A DNA stretch of 64,000 nucleotides from Candidatus Eiseniibacteriota bacterium. GTDB taxonomy: Bacteria > Eisenbacteria > RBG-16-71-46 > CAVPCR01. The notes beneath the pieces are model-generated. The model searched no databases and was not told the DNA's origin. It saw nothing but the letters and a program-made list of their open reading frames with translations. Of this stretch, positions 35,800 through 45,697 are shown one piece after another. Made by a program: the position numbers and the translations under genes. The DNA lies in the NCBI GenBank assembly GCA_963823555.1, contig CAWGMA010000001.1, forward strand, positions 2,176,001-2,240,000. Direction: 5' to 3'. Numbering within the stretch: position 1 is the stretch's first letter; each line of letters starts with the position of its first letter.

Positions 35800-37568
35800 C
35801 TCTCCTGGCGATACAGCGCGAGCAGATTCTCGAGCCGGCCTGCCGAGTCATCCAGACCACCGGGACGGCTCCGGGCGAGCCACAGTCCTCGGTATTCGGC
35901 GACGAGGGCCCGGAGTTCATCGGCCAGCGCGCGCCGCACGGCCGGCGCGATCGCTGCGATCGCCCCGCCGGAGCCGCCGCCCGCAGACGCCTCCAGGCGT
36001 GCGATGCCGAGCCGCGCCGCATGGCGGGACAGACCCGCAGCCAGCCGGAACTCCGCTCTGACGAGTTCCGCATCCCCGCGCGTCATGCGCCCGGAGGGAA
36101 GCCGCGCCATGACGTCATCGATGGCGCTTTGGGCCCGCTCGAGGCCGTCCACGTCGAGACCCGCGAATCGTCCCTCGCCGATCGGCCGCCGGGGATGGAT
36201 GAGCAGCTCCGCGAGCACCGACCCATTGCGCACGAGCGGCAGCCCTTCGACCCGATAGACGTTGCCGAGATCGTGGGCCAGCCGTCCCATGACCGCGGCA
36301 CGGTCGTGGAACACATGGCGATCGAGCGCGGTCGCGAGGTCGAGGTCGCGGTTGGCCTTTCCGGCCCAGGCCATGGCCGCACCCTCGGCGATGCCCAACC
36401 AGGCGATCGGCGGCGGCTGCCAGTGTCCGTTGTCGCCCCAGTCGGTGATGAGATACCCCGTCGCGCCGTGCTCGCATCCGGCGACGGCGGCCCGCTCGAG
36501 GTTCGCCACGGCATTGGCCGTGCGCCCGGCGATCGAGTTCCAGCTCGAGGTTCCAGGGCAGACAAAGAACGGCACGCCGGCGCGCGCGAAACGCTCGCAC
36601 TCGGCGGCGAACGGATGATCCGCCTCGTATCCCCAGTCGAGGGCCACCACTCCCGGCGGCAGCTCGGGGATCAGCTCCGGGTGATTGAGGATCACGTCGC
36701 CCCAGAACATCATCGTGCGCCCGTGTCTTGCCACCTCGCGCGAGATCGCGATCAGGAAGTCGAGATAGACGCGCCCCTTGCCACGCGCCGCACACGCCGC
36801 GGCGCTCCGGCCCTGACCGAGGTCGAAGGTCTCATCGCAGCCGACATTGAAGCGCCGGCTCGAGAACTGAGGCAAGAGCTCGGCGTAGAGCCCGCGCAGG
36901 AAGGCGATCGCCGCGGGATCGGTCGGACACAGGCTGAACGGCTCGGGGCGGAACTCTCCCCAGGGATCGACGAAGCCCTCCGGAGCTTCGGCCAGAGGAC
37001 GGTAACGCGGCAGGCGGAGCCAGCGGGTGAGGTGGCCACAGGAGTTCTGGTTGGGCACGAGCTCGATCATCCGCTCGCGGCAGTAGCGATCGAGCTCGCG
37101 TACGTCATCGGCCGTGAGCGGCGAAGCGTGCCGCCACACCTCCGTATGATCGGCGTAGGCGAACGTGTGCTCGGTGTAGAGCTGGAGCTCGTTGAGCTTC
37201 CATTCGGCGATCAGGTCGACGAGCTCGCAGAGCGCCGTCATCGTCGGCACCCGATCGCGGCTGACATCGATCATCAGGCCCCGATGCGGGAAATCCGGCC
37301 AGTCCTCGATGGCCAGGCAGGAGAGCTCGCCGCCGGGGAGCGCCTGCCGGCGGATCTGCCGCAAGGTCTGCTCGGCATGGAAGGCCCCGGCGCCATCCCG
37401 CGCCGTGATCGTGGTGCGATCGGCCTGGATCAGAAGCCGGTAGCCCTGGGGCGCGAGCGACACCGCCGGATCGACGATGACCTCCGGGGGCCGGGCAGCG
37501 GTGGCCGCCGGCTGCCTGCCACCCTGGAACTCGAGCCGCTGTGGGCGCGGGAGGAGAGAGAGATCCAC
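35796..37568 (-). CDS. Glycoside hydrolase family 20 (beta-hexosaminidase-like), no signal peptide
   Basis: 'IEDWPDFPHRGLMIDVSR', catalytic 'NVGCDE', 'MFWGD', 'CPGTSSW', 'TDWGDNGH'; GTG start after GAGAGGG. Confidence 0.88.
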   Translation of the reverse strand: MDLSLLPRPQRLEFQGGRQPAATAARPPEVIVDPAVSLAPQGYRLLIQADRTTITARDGAGAFHAEQTLRQIRRQALPGGELSCLAIEDWPDFPHRGLMIDVSRDRVPTMTALCELVDLIAEWKLNELQLYTEHTFAYADHTEVWRHASPLTADDVRELDRYCRERMIELVPNQNSCGHLTRWLRLPRYRPLAEAPEGFVDPWGEFRPEPFSLCPTDPAAIAFLRGLYAELLPQFSSRRFNVGCDETFDLGQGRSAAACAARGKGRVYLDFLIAISREVARHGRTMMFWGDVILNHPELIPELPPGVVALDWGYEADHPFAAECERFARAGVPFFVCPGTSSWNSIAGRTANAVANLERAAVAGCEHGATGYLITDWGDNGHWQPPPIAWLGIAEGAAMAWAGKANRDLDLATALDRHVFHDRAAVMGRLAHDLGNVYRVEGLPLVRNGSVLAELLIHPRRPIGEGRFAGLDVDGLERAQSAIDDVMARLPSGRMTRGDAELVRAEFRLAAGLSRHAARLGIARLEASAGGGSGGAIAAIAPAVRRALADELRALVAEYRGLWLARSRPGGLDDSAGRLENLLALYRQER

Positions 37569-37585
37569 GATGCGTTCCCTCTCGC

Positions 37586-38218
37586 TCAAGCCTCGGACAG
37601 GCTCCAGAACCGGTGCTCGTAGTCGACGACTCGGCGCAGCGTCCGTTCCACGTGGGCGCGCTGGGTCGTGGCGATGCCCTGCGCCAGCCGGTCCAGTGCG
37701 GCGGCGAGTGCCGCCACGTATCCAGCGAACCCGTCGCTCGTCCAGTTGTCGATGAACGACTGGTAGGGACTCGCCCCCTTCTGATCCGACTTCACCCGCC
37801 GCCAGCAATCGAGGTAGGCCTGTTCCTGAGCGTAGAAGGCGGCCCATGCCTCGACCAGATCGGCCCGCGCCGTGGTGGCCTGGAGGAACGAGATGTAATC
37901 GAGACAGGTCGGAGCCATGTCGACCTTGAGATCCACGCCGCGCGCTCGGGCCTCACGCTCGAACAGCCCCAGCTCGCTCTTCATCGCGGTGAACCCATCG
38001 ACCAGCAACCACACCATCTCATGGGGGACCCGCGCCAGGAGGATCCCCATCACTCGCAATAATTCACGTGCATAGTGGAAATCCTGCACCAACCAGCGAT
38101 GGAAGGCTTGCTGCTCGATCGTTCCGTTTGCCGTCTTCTCGAGGAAGGGATGGGCGAGCATGCGGGTCCATTCCGGCTCGACCGCGCGCAGTAGCTCTTC
38201 ATGAAATGTCGAGGCCAT
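37586..38218 (-). CDS. TenA/THI-4 family protein (Cys-less TenA_E-like)
   Basis: 'HPFL', 'WLVQD', 'ELGLF', 'EQAY', 'PYQSFIDNW', 'EHRFW'. Confidence 0.85.
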   Translation of the reverse strand: MASTFHEELLRAVEPEWTRMLAHPFLEKTANGTIEQQAFHRWLVQDFHYARELLRVMGILLARVPHEMVWLLVDGFTAMKSELGLFEREARARGVDLKVDMAPTCLDYISFLQATTARADLVEAWAAFYAQEQAYLDCWRRVKSDQKGASPYQSFIDNWTSDGFAGYVAALAAALDRLAQGIATTQRAHVERTLRRVVDYEHRFWSLSEA

Positions 38219-38264
38219 GTCATCTCTCCCCCGGCTCCTCTCCCGGGCCGGGACGGGGGCCACC

Positions 38265-39551
38265 TTACCCCATCTTCTCGCTGGCCGCCGGCTGCGGGTG
38301 ACGCGGTCCCACTTCCCGCATCTCGCGCGCTGCCAGCGCTCGGAGCCGGAGGAAGACCCAGCCGGCGCCCCCGAGCAGCACCGCCGCGGACAGGGTCGTC
38401 GCCGCGGGGGCGCCCGCCATCTGGGCGATCCACCCGGATACTAGCGCGCCGAGCGGTGCCGTGCCGATGAATACGAACGTATAGAAGCTCATCACCCGGC
38501 CGCGGAAGCGATCCTCGGTGGTGAGCTGGATCAAGGTATTGGTGCTGATGACGTACAGGATGAGGCCGAACCCGGCAGCAAACCCCATGGCCAGGGTCAG
38601 CGGCAGGAGTCGCGACCAGGCGAATCCGAGCATGCCGGCACCCGCGGTGATGAGCCCGAAGAGGAGATTCCGCCGCAGTTGCCAGCGGTCGTGCTTGCGG
38701 GTCATGCGCACGGCAGCCAGGAGCGAACCGAGGCCGAATGCCGACACCATGAGCCCATAGCCTCCGGCGTCCGTGCGCAGGATCTCGCGCGCATAGACCG
38801 GCAGGAGAACCATGTACTGAAAACCGAGCCCGGCCGTCAGCCCCAGCAACAGGAGCAGATTGCGAATCTGGCGCACGCCTCGCGCGTATTCCACTCCCTC
38901 CCGAAATGTGGAGAGGCTGAAGCTGGCCTTCGTTGAAGCCGCTCTTGGCATCTGCATCCGCCAGAGGGCGGCGATCACGGCCAGGTAGGACACGGCGTTG
39001 AGCCAGAAGCAGGTCGCCTCGCCGTAAACGGCGAGGAGCAGCCCCGCCACCATCGGTCCCACGATCCGCGCCGAGTTGAAGGAAGCCGAGTTGAGGGCGA
39101 TGGCGTTGGGCAGGTCGTCCTTGCCCACCATCTCGACGATGAAGGACTGGCGCGCCGGCAGGTCGAAGGCGTTGATCAGGCCGAAGAAGAGCGCGAGCGC
39201 GATCACCATCCATGGCTCGACCACATCCATCGAGACAATGATGGCGAGGAGCACTGCCTGGACGAGGGCCAGAGACTGGGTGGCGATGATGAGTCGCCGC
39301 TTGTCGGCGCGGTCGACGAGGACACCCGCCCACAATGAGAAGAGCATGACGGGCAGGAACTGGGCGAACCCGAGGAGGCCCAGCATGAAGGCGGACGCCG
39401 TGAGCCGGTGCATGAGCCAGCCCTGGGCGACGCTCTGCATCCAGGTGCCGGTGACCGATATGATCTGCCCCGAGAAGAACAGCCGGTAGTTGGGATAGCG
39501 GAGCGCCCGGAAGCTCTGGCGGAAGGCGGTGATGGCCGGCACGGTCGTCAT
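38265..39551 (-). CDS. MFS transporter (DUF894/H+ antiporter-like)
   Basis: 'NYRLFFSGQIISVTGTWMQ', 'PARQSF', 'NAIALNS', 'RGRVMS'; about 12 TM. Confidence 0.92.
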   Translation of the reverse strand: MTTVPAITAFRQSFRALRYPNYRLFFSGQIISVTGTWMQSVAQGWLMHRLTASAFMLGLLGFAQFLPVMLFSLWAGVLVDRADKRRLIIATQSLALVQAVLLAIIVSMDVVEPWMVIALALFFGLINAFDLPARQSFIVEMVGKDDLPNAIALNSASFNSARIVGPMVAGLLLAVYGEATCFWLNAVSYLAVIAALWRMQMPRAASTKASFSLSTFREGVEYARGVRQIRNLLLLLGLTAGLGFQYMVLLPVYAREILRTDAGGYGLMVSAFGLGSLLAAVRMTRKHDRWQLRRNLLFGLITAGAGMLGFAWSRLLPLTLAMGFAAGFGLILYVISTNTLIQLTTEDRFRGRVMSFYTFVFIGTAPLGALVSGWIAQMAGAPAATTLSAAVLLGGAGWVFLRLRALAAREMREVGPRHPQPAASEKMG

Positions 39552-39601
39552 CGGAAAAGAGACGCTAGCACGGCGCGTCGCCGGCGCCAATCGGGAGCTA
39601 C

Positions 39602-40084
39602 TCAGCCCATGGTCTCGGCGATCAGAAGCTCCTGCAGCCAGCCGAGGATCGCGATCCGGGCCAGGGCCGACTGCTTGTGCGGGTCGGTGACGGACACCAC
39701 ATCCTCCTCGATCTCGTCGGGATCGATGGCGTGCATGATGAACAGCGCGTGCCGCGCCCCGTTGAGCGCCGAGAGCCAGGCGCTCTCGTGGCCGTGCGCG
39801 ATGCGAAAGCGGAGTCCTCCGCCGAGCCGCTTGCGGGCGAGGGTCGCCAGATCCTGGCGCAGGATCTGCTCCCGGGAGAGGAACAGCCGCTCGAGTTCCG
39901 GTGCTCCGTAACGCCGCCACTCCGCCTCGACCTCGGGATCCGAGGCCGCCGGCGGCCGGAGCCGGCTCCGCACACCGGGGTCTTCGCTTGCCAGCCACTC
40001 CGGGATGCGCGTGAATGTATCGGCGCAGAAGAGCGGAAGATCTTCGAGCCAGATGTCACCCTGGCGGTCCCGGCGCAGCTTCAT
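39602..40084 (-). CDS. DUF2017-like protein
   Basis: 'VRSRLRP', 'EWRRY', 'AWLSALNGAR', 'LGWLQELL'; immediately downstream of clpS. Confidence 0.7.
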   Translation of the reverse strand: MKLRRDRQGDIWLEDLPLFCADTFTRIPEWLASEDPGVRSRLRPPAASDPEVEAEWRRYGAPELERLFLSREQILRQDLATLARKRLGGGLRFRIAHGHESAWLSALNGARHALFIMHAIDPDEIEEDVVSVTDPHKQSALARIAILGWLQELLIAETMG

Positions 40085-40085
40085 C

Positions 40086-40409
40086 TCACTCATCAACCTG
40101 CTCGATGGTGGACAGCAGGTGGTAGCCGTGAAGCGTGACGAGATAGGTCTCCGCTCGTTCGCGATCTCCCGTCCACACGATGGAGCTGCCCCGCGTATGC
40201 ACCTCCATCATGAGCCGATGAGCCTTGGGCCGCGGGTAACCGAAGACCTTCATGAACACGGCGGTGACATAGGACATGAGCGTCACCGGATCGTTGTGCA
40301 CGATCACCTTCCATGGCCGGGCGAGTTGCGTCTCGCTCGCGGTGAGATCCTGCGGCCGGGGCAGCGTATGGGCTCCCGCTCCGGCGTTCGCTCCGAACTT
40401 GCCGTCCAT
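40086..40409 (-). CDS. clpS: ATP-dependent Clp protease adaptor ClpS
   Basis: 'WKVIVHNDPVTLMSYV', 'LMMEVHTRG', 'AETY'. Confidence 0.92.
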   Translation of the reverse strand: MDGKFGANAGAGAHTLPRPQDLTASETQLARPWKVIVHNDPVTLMSYVTAVFMKVFGYPRPKAHRLMMEVHTRGSSIVWTGDRERAETYLVTLHGYHLLSTIEQVDE

Positions 40410-40437
40410 GACCTTATGATGGCACAAATCCGCGGCG

Positions 40438-41295
40438 CTAGACAGCAGGCGGGAGATGGCGCCGGAGGAAGTCGAGCGTGGCACCGAGGCCCAGAGCCAA
40501 CTGCTCGCTGCGGCCGCGGAACGGGTGCCCGGCCCCGAACGTGTGGCCCGCGGCCGGGATCTCGAGCAACTCTCCGCGCCCCCAGGCCGCCATTTGCCGG
40601 CCCTCGGTCACCGGCACGGATTCATCAGCGGCTCCGTGCACGATCAGATGCGGAGCGGATAGCTCGCGAGCGGCCCGCTCGAGGCTGAGCCGCCCATCCT
40701 GATGGGCCTCGATGTCATCGAGGATGGCCGTCGACAGCTTGAAGACCTGACCCGTGCGGGCATTCACCACATCGAGGACCCCCTGCTCGCGCCAAGCGCG
40801 TCGTGTCTCCTCATCCCAGCGATCGAAGTGGGAAACCGCCGCCCAGGTCACCAGGCAGGCAACGCGCGGATCGCCGGCTGCCACCAGCAAGGACACTGCC
40901 CCGCCGCGCGAGTGGCCAAGGAGACCGAGGCGGCGGGGGCGCGGCCCCGGGAGCGCGCCGCGTGCCGCCGTGTCCAGGACGCACTTCAAGTCATCGACAT
41001 CGCCGCTCAGCGTCGCCTGCTCGAATCGCTCGGGGTCCGTGAACTCGAAGAGGCCTGGCCCGATGCCGCTCCCGGAGAAGTTGAAGCTGATGGCGATGTA
41101 TCCGGATCCGGCCAGCTCGGTGGCGACCTCGGGGAAGAAGCCCCAGTCCTTGAAGCCCTTGAACCCGTGACAGATCACGACGGCCGGCGCCCCGTCTCCG
41201 AGCCCATCGCGGTGCCTGACGTCGCCGCGCAGGGGATAGCCGTCACGGCTGGCGATGGCGAAGCGGTGATGCAGGATGTCCGAACCCGGGATCAT
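40438..41295 (-). CDS. Alpha/beta hydrolase
   Basis: 'HGFKGFKDWG', nucleophile 'GHSRGG', 'HGAADESV', 'AGHTF'. Confidence 0.9.
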   Translation of the reverse strand: MIPGSDILHHRFAIASRDGYPLRGDVRHRDGLGDGAPAVVICHGFKGFKDWGFFPEVATELAGSGYIAISFNFSGSGIGPGLFEFTDPERFEQATLSGDVDDLKCVLDTAARGALPGPRPRRLGLLGHSRGGAVSLLVAAGDPRVACLVTWAAVSHFDRWDEETRRAWREQGVLDVVNARTGQVFKLSTAILDDIEAHQDGRLSLERAARELSAPHLIVHGAADESVPVTEGRQMAAWGRGELLEIPAAGHTFGAGHPFRGRSEQLALGLGATLDFLRRHLPPAV

Positions 41296-41696
41296 CAGAG
41301 GGGCGCCACGCTGAGGCCGAGCGATGCGACTAGACCCGGAAGGTTCCCCGAGACCTGGCCGTTGGTGACCACCAGATCGGCGCCGGCTCGAGCCGCGGCA
41401 CCGAGCCGCTCGACTTCGAGATGACCCGCGAAGGCGATGAGCGGGATGCTGCGCGTCGCGGCGGCGGCGGCCTTGAGCCGGCCGACGAGTTCGCCCGCGT
41501 CCAGGCTCTTGATCGTGAGGTCGACGATGATGAGGCTCGGCATGCCGGCATCCAGGGCCGCTTCGATCTCCGCATCCACGCGCGCGGTCGTGGCGCTATA
41601 GCCGAGGTGCTTGAGAATGTCTCGCAGGCGGGAGCTGAAGAAAACATCACCCACCACGAGCAGCGCCTGCTTGGGCGAGGGTAAGGCTGCATTCAT
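41295..41696 (-). CDS. Stand-alone atypical receiver domain protein
   Basis: 'LIIVDL', 'IPLIAFAGH', 'AGADLV'; lacks the canonical Lys-Pro. Confidence 0.7.
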   Translation of the reverse strand: MNAALPSPKQALLVVGDVFFSSRLRDILKHLGYSATTARVDAEIEAALDAGMPSLIIVDLTIKSLDAGELVGRLKAAAAATRSIPLIAFAGHLEVERLGAAARAGADLVVTNGQVSGNLPGLVASLGLSVAPL

Positions 41697-41864
41697 GGCC
41701 TTCTCCGGTGGTCCTACCACCTTGGGATCCCAGGGGCGAGGCCCCCACCTCGCGCCGGACAGGGTAGCATACACGGCCGCCGCGAGAATGCTCCGCTGCT
41801 ATACTGGCGCCCGCCTCGCCCCCCCCGGGGTCACGATCGAGTCCAGCGGAAGAGAGATGATGCA

Positions 41865-42875
41865 ATGACCATTCACTCGCCTGAAGAGGAATACCGCGCC
41901 GCGCGTGAAGCGGCGATCATCGTCGACCTCGATCGCCGAGGGCGAGTCCGGGTCAGCGGGCGCGATCGCACGGACCTGATCCAGCGGCTCTCGACCAATG
42001 ACATGCGCGATCTGGTTCCCGGCCGGGGTATCTCCAACCTCTTTCTCACCAACAAGGGGCGCATCTTCAGCTTCTTCGACGCGCTCGCCTTCCCTGATCA
42101 TCTCCTCCTCTTCCTGCCGGGAGGTGACGCGCCCGCGGTCGCGGAGTGGATCACGCGCTTCGTCTTCGTCGAGGATGTCGTCGCCGAGGACGTGACGGCG
42201 AGCACGTTCGAGTTCGGTCTGTTCGGCCCGCAGGCCGCCGCCGCGCTCGCCGCGGCCGGAGCGGACGTCCGCGGTCTCGGTGCGCGCGATCACCGGGTCG
42301 CTCCCGGTCTCGGCGGAGCCATGGTCGGAGCCGCCGAGCGCCTCGCCGGATCCGGATTTCGCGTCTGCGGCGAGCGGGGCCACGGCGAGCGGATCTGGTG
42401 GCAACTGATCGAGCTGGGCGCGGCCTCAGGGCTCCGTGCCGCCGGACCCGAGACGGTGGAGACCCTGCGCGTCGAGGCCGGAATTCCCGCACCGGGCGCG
42501 GAGCTCAGCGAGCAGTGGAATCCCCTCGAGGCGGAGCTGCGCTCGGTGATCAGCTTCACCAAGGGTTGCTACACCGGGCAAGAGGTCGTGGCCCGCCTCA
42601 ACACGTACAAGAAGGTGCAGCGTGCGCTGCGTTGTCTGCGCCTGAGCGGCGATGAGGTGCCGGCCCGCGGCGGCCGCATTCTGGCTGACGGCAAGGAAGC
42701 CGGAATGGTGACCAGCGCCGCCCACTCCCTGGCACTCGCCGCACCCATCGTTCTCGCCTATGTCGACCTCGCCGCAAGCCCACCAGGCACCGAGCTGGCC
42801 GTGGAGATCGAGCCCGGCGGCCGCACGGCCAGCGCCGAGATCATCACGCCACCCCTCGCCGCCACCCCGAGCTAG
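41865..42875 (+). CDS. ygfZ: YgfZ/GcvT folate-binding Fe-S maintenance protein
   Basis: Signature 'KGCYTGQE', 'LRVEAGIP'; extended -10 TGcTATACT at 41797-41805. Confidence 0.88.
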   Translation: MTIHSPEEEYRAAREAAIIVDLDRRGRVRVSGRDRTDLIQRLSTNDMRDLVPGRGISNLFLTNKGRIFSFFDALAFPDHLLLFLPGGDAPAVAEWITRFVFVEDVVAEDVTASTFEFGLFGPQAAAALAAAGADVRGLGARDHRVAPGLGGAMVGAAERLAGSGFRVCGERGHGERIWWQLIELGAASGLRAAGPETVETLRVEAGIPAPGAELSEQWNPLEAELRSVISFTKGCYTGQEVVARLNTYKKVQRALRCLRLSGDEVPARGGRILADGKEAGMVTSAAHSLALAAPIVLAYVDLAASPPGTELAVEIEPGGRTASAEIITPPLAATPS

Positions 42876-43885
42876 CTGGCCGGCTGCTTCCCCTGGATGA
42901 AGGTCAGGGCATCGCGCACGTCCTCGACGCTCCCGATCACGAGCGGCGTCCGCTGATGGAGACCCTCGGGCGCGATGTCGAGGATGCGGCGCCGGCCGTC
43001 CGAGGCCGCCCCTCCCGCCCGCTCGGCGATCAGGGCAAGCGGCGCCGCCTCGTAGAGCAGTCGCAGCTTCCCTTGCTTGTTCTTGTGGTCGGCGGGATAG
43101 AGGAAGATGCCCCCGTAGAGCAGGTTGCGGTGGAAGTCGGACACCAGGGAGCCGATGTAGCGCGAGCTGTACGGCCTCCCGGTCGCCGGATCGTCGCTCT
43201 TGAGATGAGCGATGTACCGCCGCACGCCGTCCTCCCAGCGCTCCGTATTGCCCTCGTTGATGCTGTAGAGCTTGCCCCGGGGAGGGATACGGATGTTCTC
43301 GTGGCTCAGGAGGAACTCACCCACCGAAGGATCATACGTGAACCCGTGCACTCCCTGGCTGGTGGTATAGACGAACATCGTGCTCGGGCCGTAGACGATG
43401 TAACCAGCCGCCACCTGGCGGCTTCCGGGCTGCATGCAGTCCCGCTCTTCGCCGGGGCCGGACCCCGGGCTCACGCGCCGATGGATGGAGAAGATGGTCC
43501 CGGTGGAGATGTTGGCATCGATGTTCGACGAGCCATCGAGCGGATCGTAGTTGAGCACATAATGGCCGCAAGGATAGTCGTCGGGAATGTGCCGCGGCTC
43601 CGCATCCTCCTCGGAAGCCATGATGCAGAGATGGCCGGTGTGGTCCAGAGCCCGGAACATCGTCTCGTTGGCGAAGACATCGAGCTTCTGCACCTCCTCG
43701 CCCTGCACATTGACTTCCCCGGTCTTGCCGAGGATGTTGACGAGGCCGGCCTTGGCCACCTCCCGCATGATGATCTTGGCTGCCAGCGTGATGTCGGAGA
43801 GCAGGTCGGAGAACTCACCGGTGGCGCTGGGGAACTTGCGCTCCTGCTCCATGATGTGGCGGGAGATGGTGACAACCTTGGCCAT
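42872..43885 (-). CDS. fbp: Fructose-1,6-bisphosphatase class 1
   Basis: 'NVQGEEVQKLD', 'ASEE', 'DPLDGSSN', 'RYIGSLV', 'GKLRLLYE'. Confidence 0.97.
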   Translation of the reverse strand: MAKVVTISRHIMEQERKFPSATGEFSDLLSDITLAAKIIMREVAKAGLVNILGKTGEVNVQGEEVQKLDVFANETMFRALDHTGHLCIMASEEDAEPRHIPDDYPCGHYVLNYDPLDGSSNIDANISTGTIFSIHRRVSPGSGPGEERDCMQPGSRQVAAGYIVYGPSTMFVYTTSQGVHGFTYDPSVGEFLLSHENIRIPPRGKLYSINEGNTERWEDGVRRYIAHLKSDDPATGRPYSSRYIGSLVSDFHRNLLYGGIFLYPADHKNKQGKLRLLYEAAPLALIAERAGGAASDGRRRILDIAPEGLHQRTPLVIGSVEDVRDALTFIQGKQPAS

Positions 43886-44026
43886 AGCTGGAGCTCCTCA
43901 TCACGCCGGCGGGAGAGTCGCGGCGCGGTTAGATCCCTGACCAGAGGAAGAGGCCTCAGCGGCCGCCGCTGCGGCGGCCGCGCAACACCCGATACCCACG
44001 CGGACCCGTTCTTCCACCCGCAGATC

Positions 44027-44872
44027 TTACCGCCGCAAGACAGCGAGAGCGAGCGCCAGCACACGCGGGGCTGAGCGGAGAAGCCCCTTCGCGGCGAGCT
44101 CGCCCCGACCCACGGCGTGGAAGAGAACCCCCGGCGGCGGGAGCTCCCCGCCGGCAAACCGGGTGAGGAGCCCATACGGCATCCGGACCCGCAGGTTGGG
44201 ACTCTCGGCTGCACCTCGCTCGAGGCGAAATCCGGAGGCGGCCAGCACCACATGGCAGGGCGGGAAGCTCTCGATCTCGAGGTCCACGACCAGCGGGTGC
44301 CGGAGCGCGCGCCGCAACGCCGGCCGCTCGAGCAAGCGGGCGCCGAGGTCCTTCACGCGCGGTGCGAGAGGGCCGGGCCCCAGATAGCGGCGGAACTGGG
44401 TCGTCACGCTCGGCACGAAGACGTAGCCGAAGCGCCGGTGGTAGAGCCGCTCGTTGAGCTCGCGTGAGGTGAAGCCGCCGCGGAAGACCACGTGCCGGGC
44501 GCGCAGTCGCTCATCGGTCAGATCATGGGCGCGCACGGCGACGTCATGTCCCCGGTAGGCGGGCAGCACGGCGAAGTCGCCGTCGAAGCTCACCGGGACA
44601 TGGAGCCCGGCTTCGAGCTTGAGTTCCAGCACGCCGCCATGGAAGCACCCGATCGCCTTCCCGTCGGCGCGGGCCACGAGCACCTCATCGTCACGGAACC
44701 CGGGCCGATGCCCGTGCTTCCAGCGCCACCAGGTCGCATCGCCCCAGCCTTCCCGCTGGCAGCTCTCGAGCACCTGCGCGATCGCCTCCTCGTCTCCAGC
44801 ACGATAGTCGGCGAGGGAGATCTCAGCTCCGCCCTGCTCCGGCGTCTCCGCCTTGCCTGCTTCGTCGCTCAT
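44027..44872 (-). CDS. GNAT family acyltransferase with C-terminal SCP2-like region
   Basis: 'YRAGDE', 'WWRWKH', 'DFAVLPAYRG'. Confidence 0.7.
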   Translation of the reverse strand: MSDEAGKAETPEQGGAEISLADYRAGDEEAIAQVLESCQREGWGDATWWRWKHGHRPGFRDDEVLVARADGKAIGCFHGGVLELKLEAGLHVPVSFDGDFAVLPAYRGHDVAVRAHDLTDERLRARHVVFRGGFTSRELNERLYHRRFGYVFVPSVTTQFRRYLGPGPLAPRVKDLGARLLERPALRRALRHPLVVDLEIESFPPCHVVLAASGFRLERGAAESPNLRVRMPYGLLTRFAGGELPPPGVLFHAVGRGELAAKGLLRSAPRVLALALAVLRR

Positions 44873-44881
44873 GCCGTCCTC

Positions 44882-45685
44882 TCACCGCCCGTCGGCGGGC
44901 GGGGTGTACCAGGGGTTCTTGAGCACGAGCCAGTCGCACAGCGTTCGCGCGTCCTGCTCGCGCGCCGCCGGCACCACCTCGATCCGCCCCAGCGAACGCG
45001 CCTCCTCGAATCGAACGCGGCGGAACATGAGGTCGGTGAGGGTCGAGAGATCCGTTCGCACCGTGACATCCGCCACGACATCGGGAGCGGATCGGACCAC
45101 GGTCTCCGCCTCACCGGGGGCGATCCGCAGGATCAGGGGTCCGGACCGCCGGTAGTGCCCGGGGGCGAGCTCGAACCGGAAGACGGGGCGCCAGTCGTGG
45201 GGCAGGCGTCCGCGCCGGTGCGCCAGGAGGCGCCGGATCGCCTCCTCGACATCGACGAGGATGAGTTGCAGCGACTGACTCTCTTCCTGGCGGTAGCCGT
45301 CCGCGGCGAGGAGCGCCCGCACCCGTCCATCGCTGTGCGGGAGCTCGAACACGATGGTCTCCTGGCCGGTGGCCAGGCAGCGTTCTTCCAGGGCGCGCTT
45401 GAGGGCGCGCGCCGCTTCGGTGCGGGCTTCCCCGGTGAGCTTCGGCTCGAGACAGAACTCGAGCACCACGCCGCCCCTGCCGAGCACGGCATAGCCCAGG
45501 GTCTCGCCCGTGGCCGCGCCGAGAATCAAGATGTCATCGGAAGCAATGCCCGGCCGGTCGAGGATCGACCAGCGCCAGTGCGCCACCGTGCGCGGGACGG
45601 ATCCGCCGTAGGGCGCATGGGCGCGCTCGGCGATCTCGACGAGGATCGCCTCGTCTCCAGCCCGGTAGCTACGGATGTGGTGCAC
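44882..45685 (-). CDS. GNAT-like protein with SCP2 sterol-binding-like C-terminus
   Basis: 'IRSYRAGDE', 'RTVAHWRW', 'ADVTVRTD...FEEARSLGRIEV'. Confidence 0.65.
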   Translation of the reverse strand: MHHIRSYRAGDEAILVEIAERAHAPYGGSVPRTVAHWRWSILDRPGIASDDILILGAATGETLGYAVLGRGGVVLEFCLEPKLTGEARTEAARALKRALEERCLATGQETIVFELPHSDGRVRALLAADGYRQEESQSLQLILVDVEEAIRRLLAHRRGRLPHDWRPVFRFELAPGHYRRSGPLILRIAPGEAETVVRSAPDVVADVTVRTDLSTLTDLMFRRVRFEEARSLGRIEVVPAAREQDARTLCDWLVLKNPWYTPPADGR

Positions 45686-45697
45686 GCGCCCCCCGCC

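Noticed and set aside
34591..37622. 555-aa and 612-aa plus-strand ORFs
   Set aside because: Shadows of the HExxH and GH20 genes.
38219..39601. TPP riboswitch controlling tenA/MFS
   Set aside because: Intergenic gaps are about 50 bp and lack the CTGAGA core.
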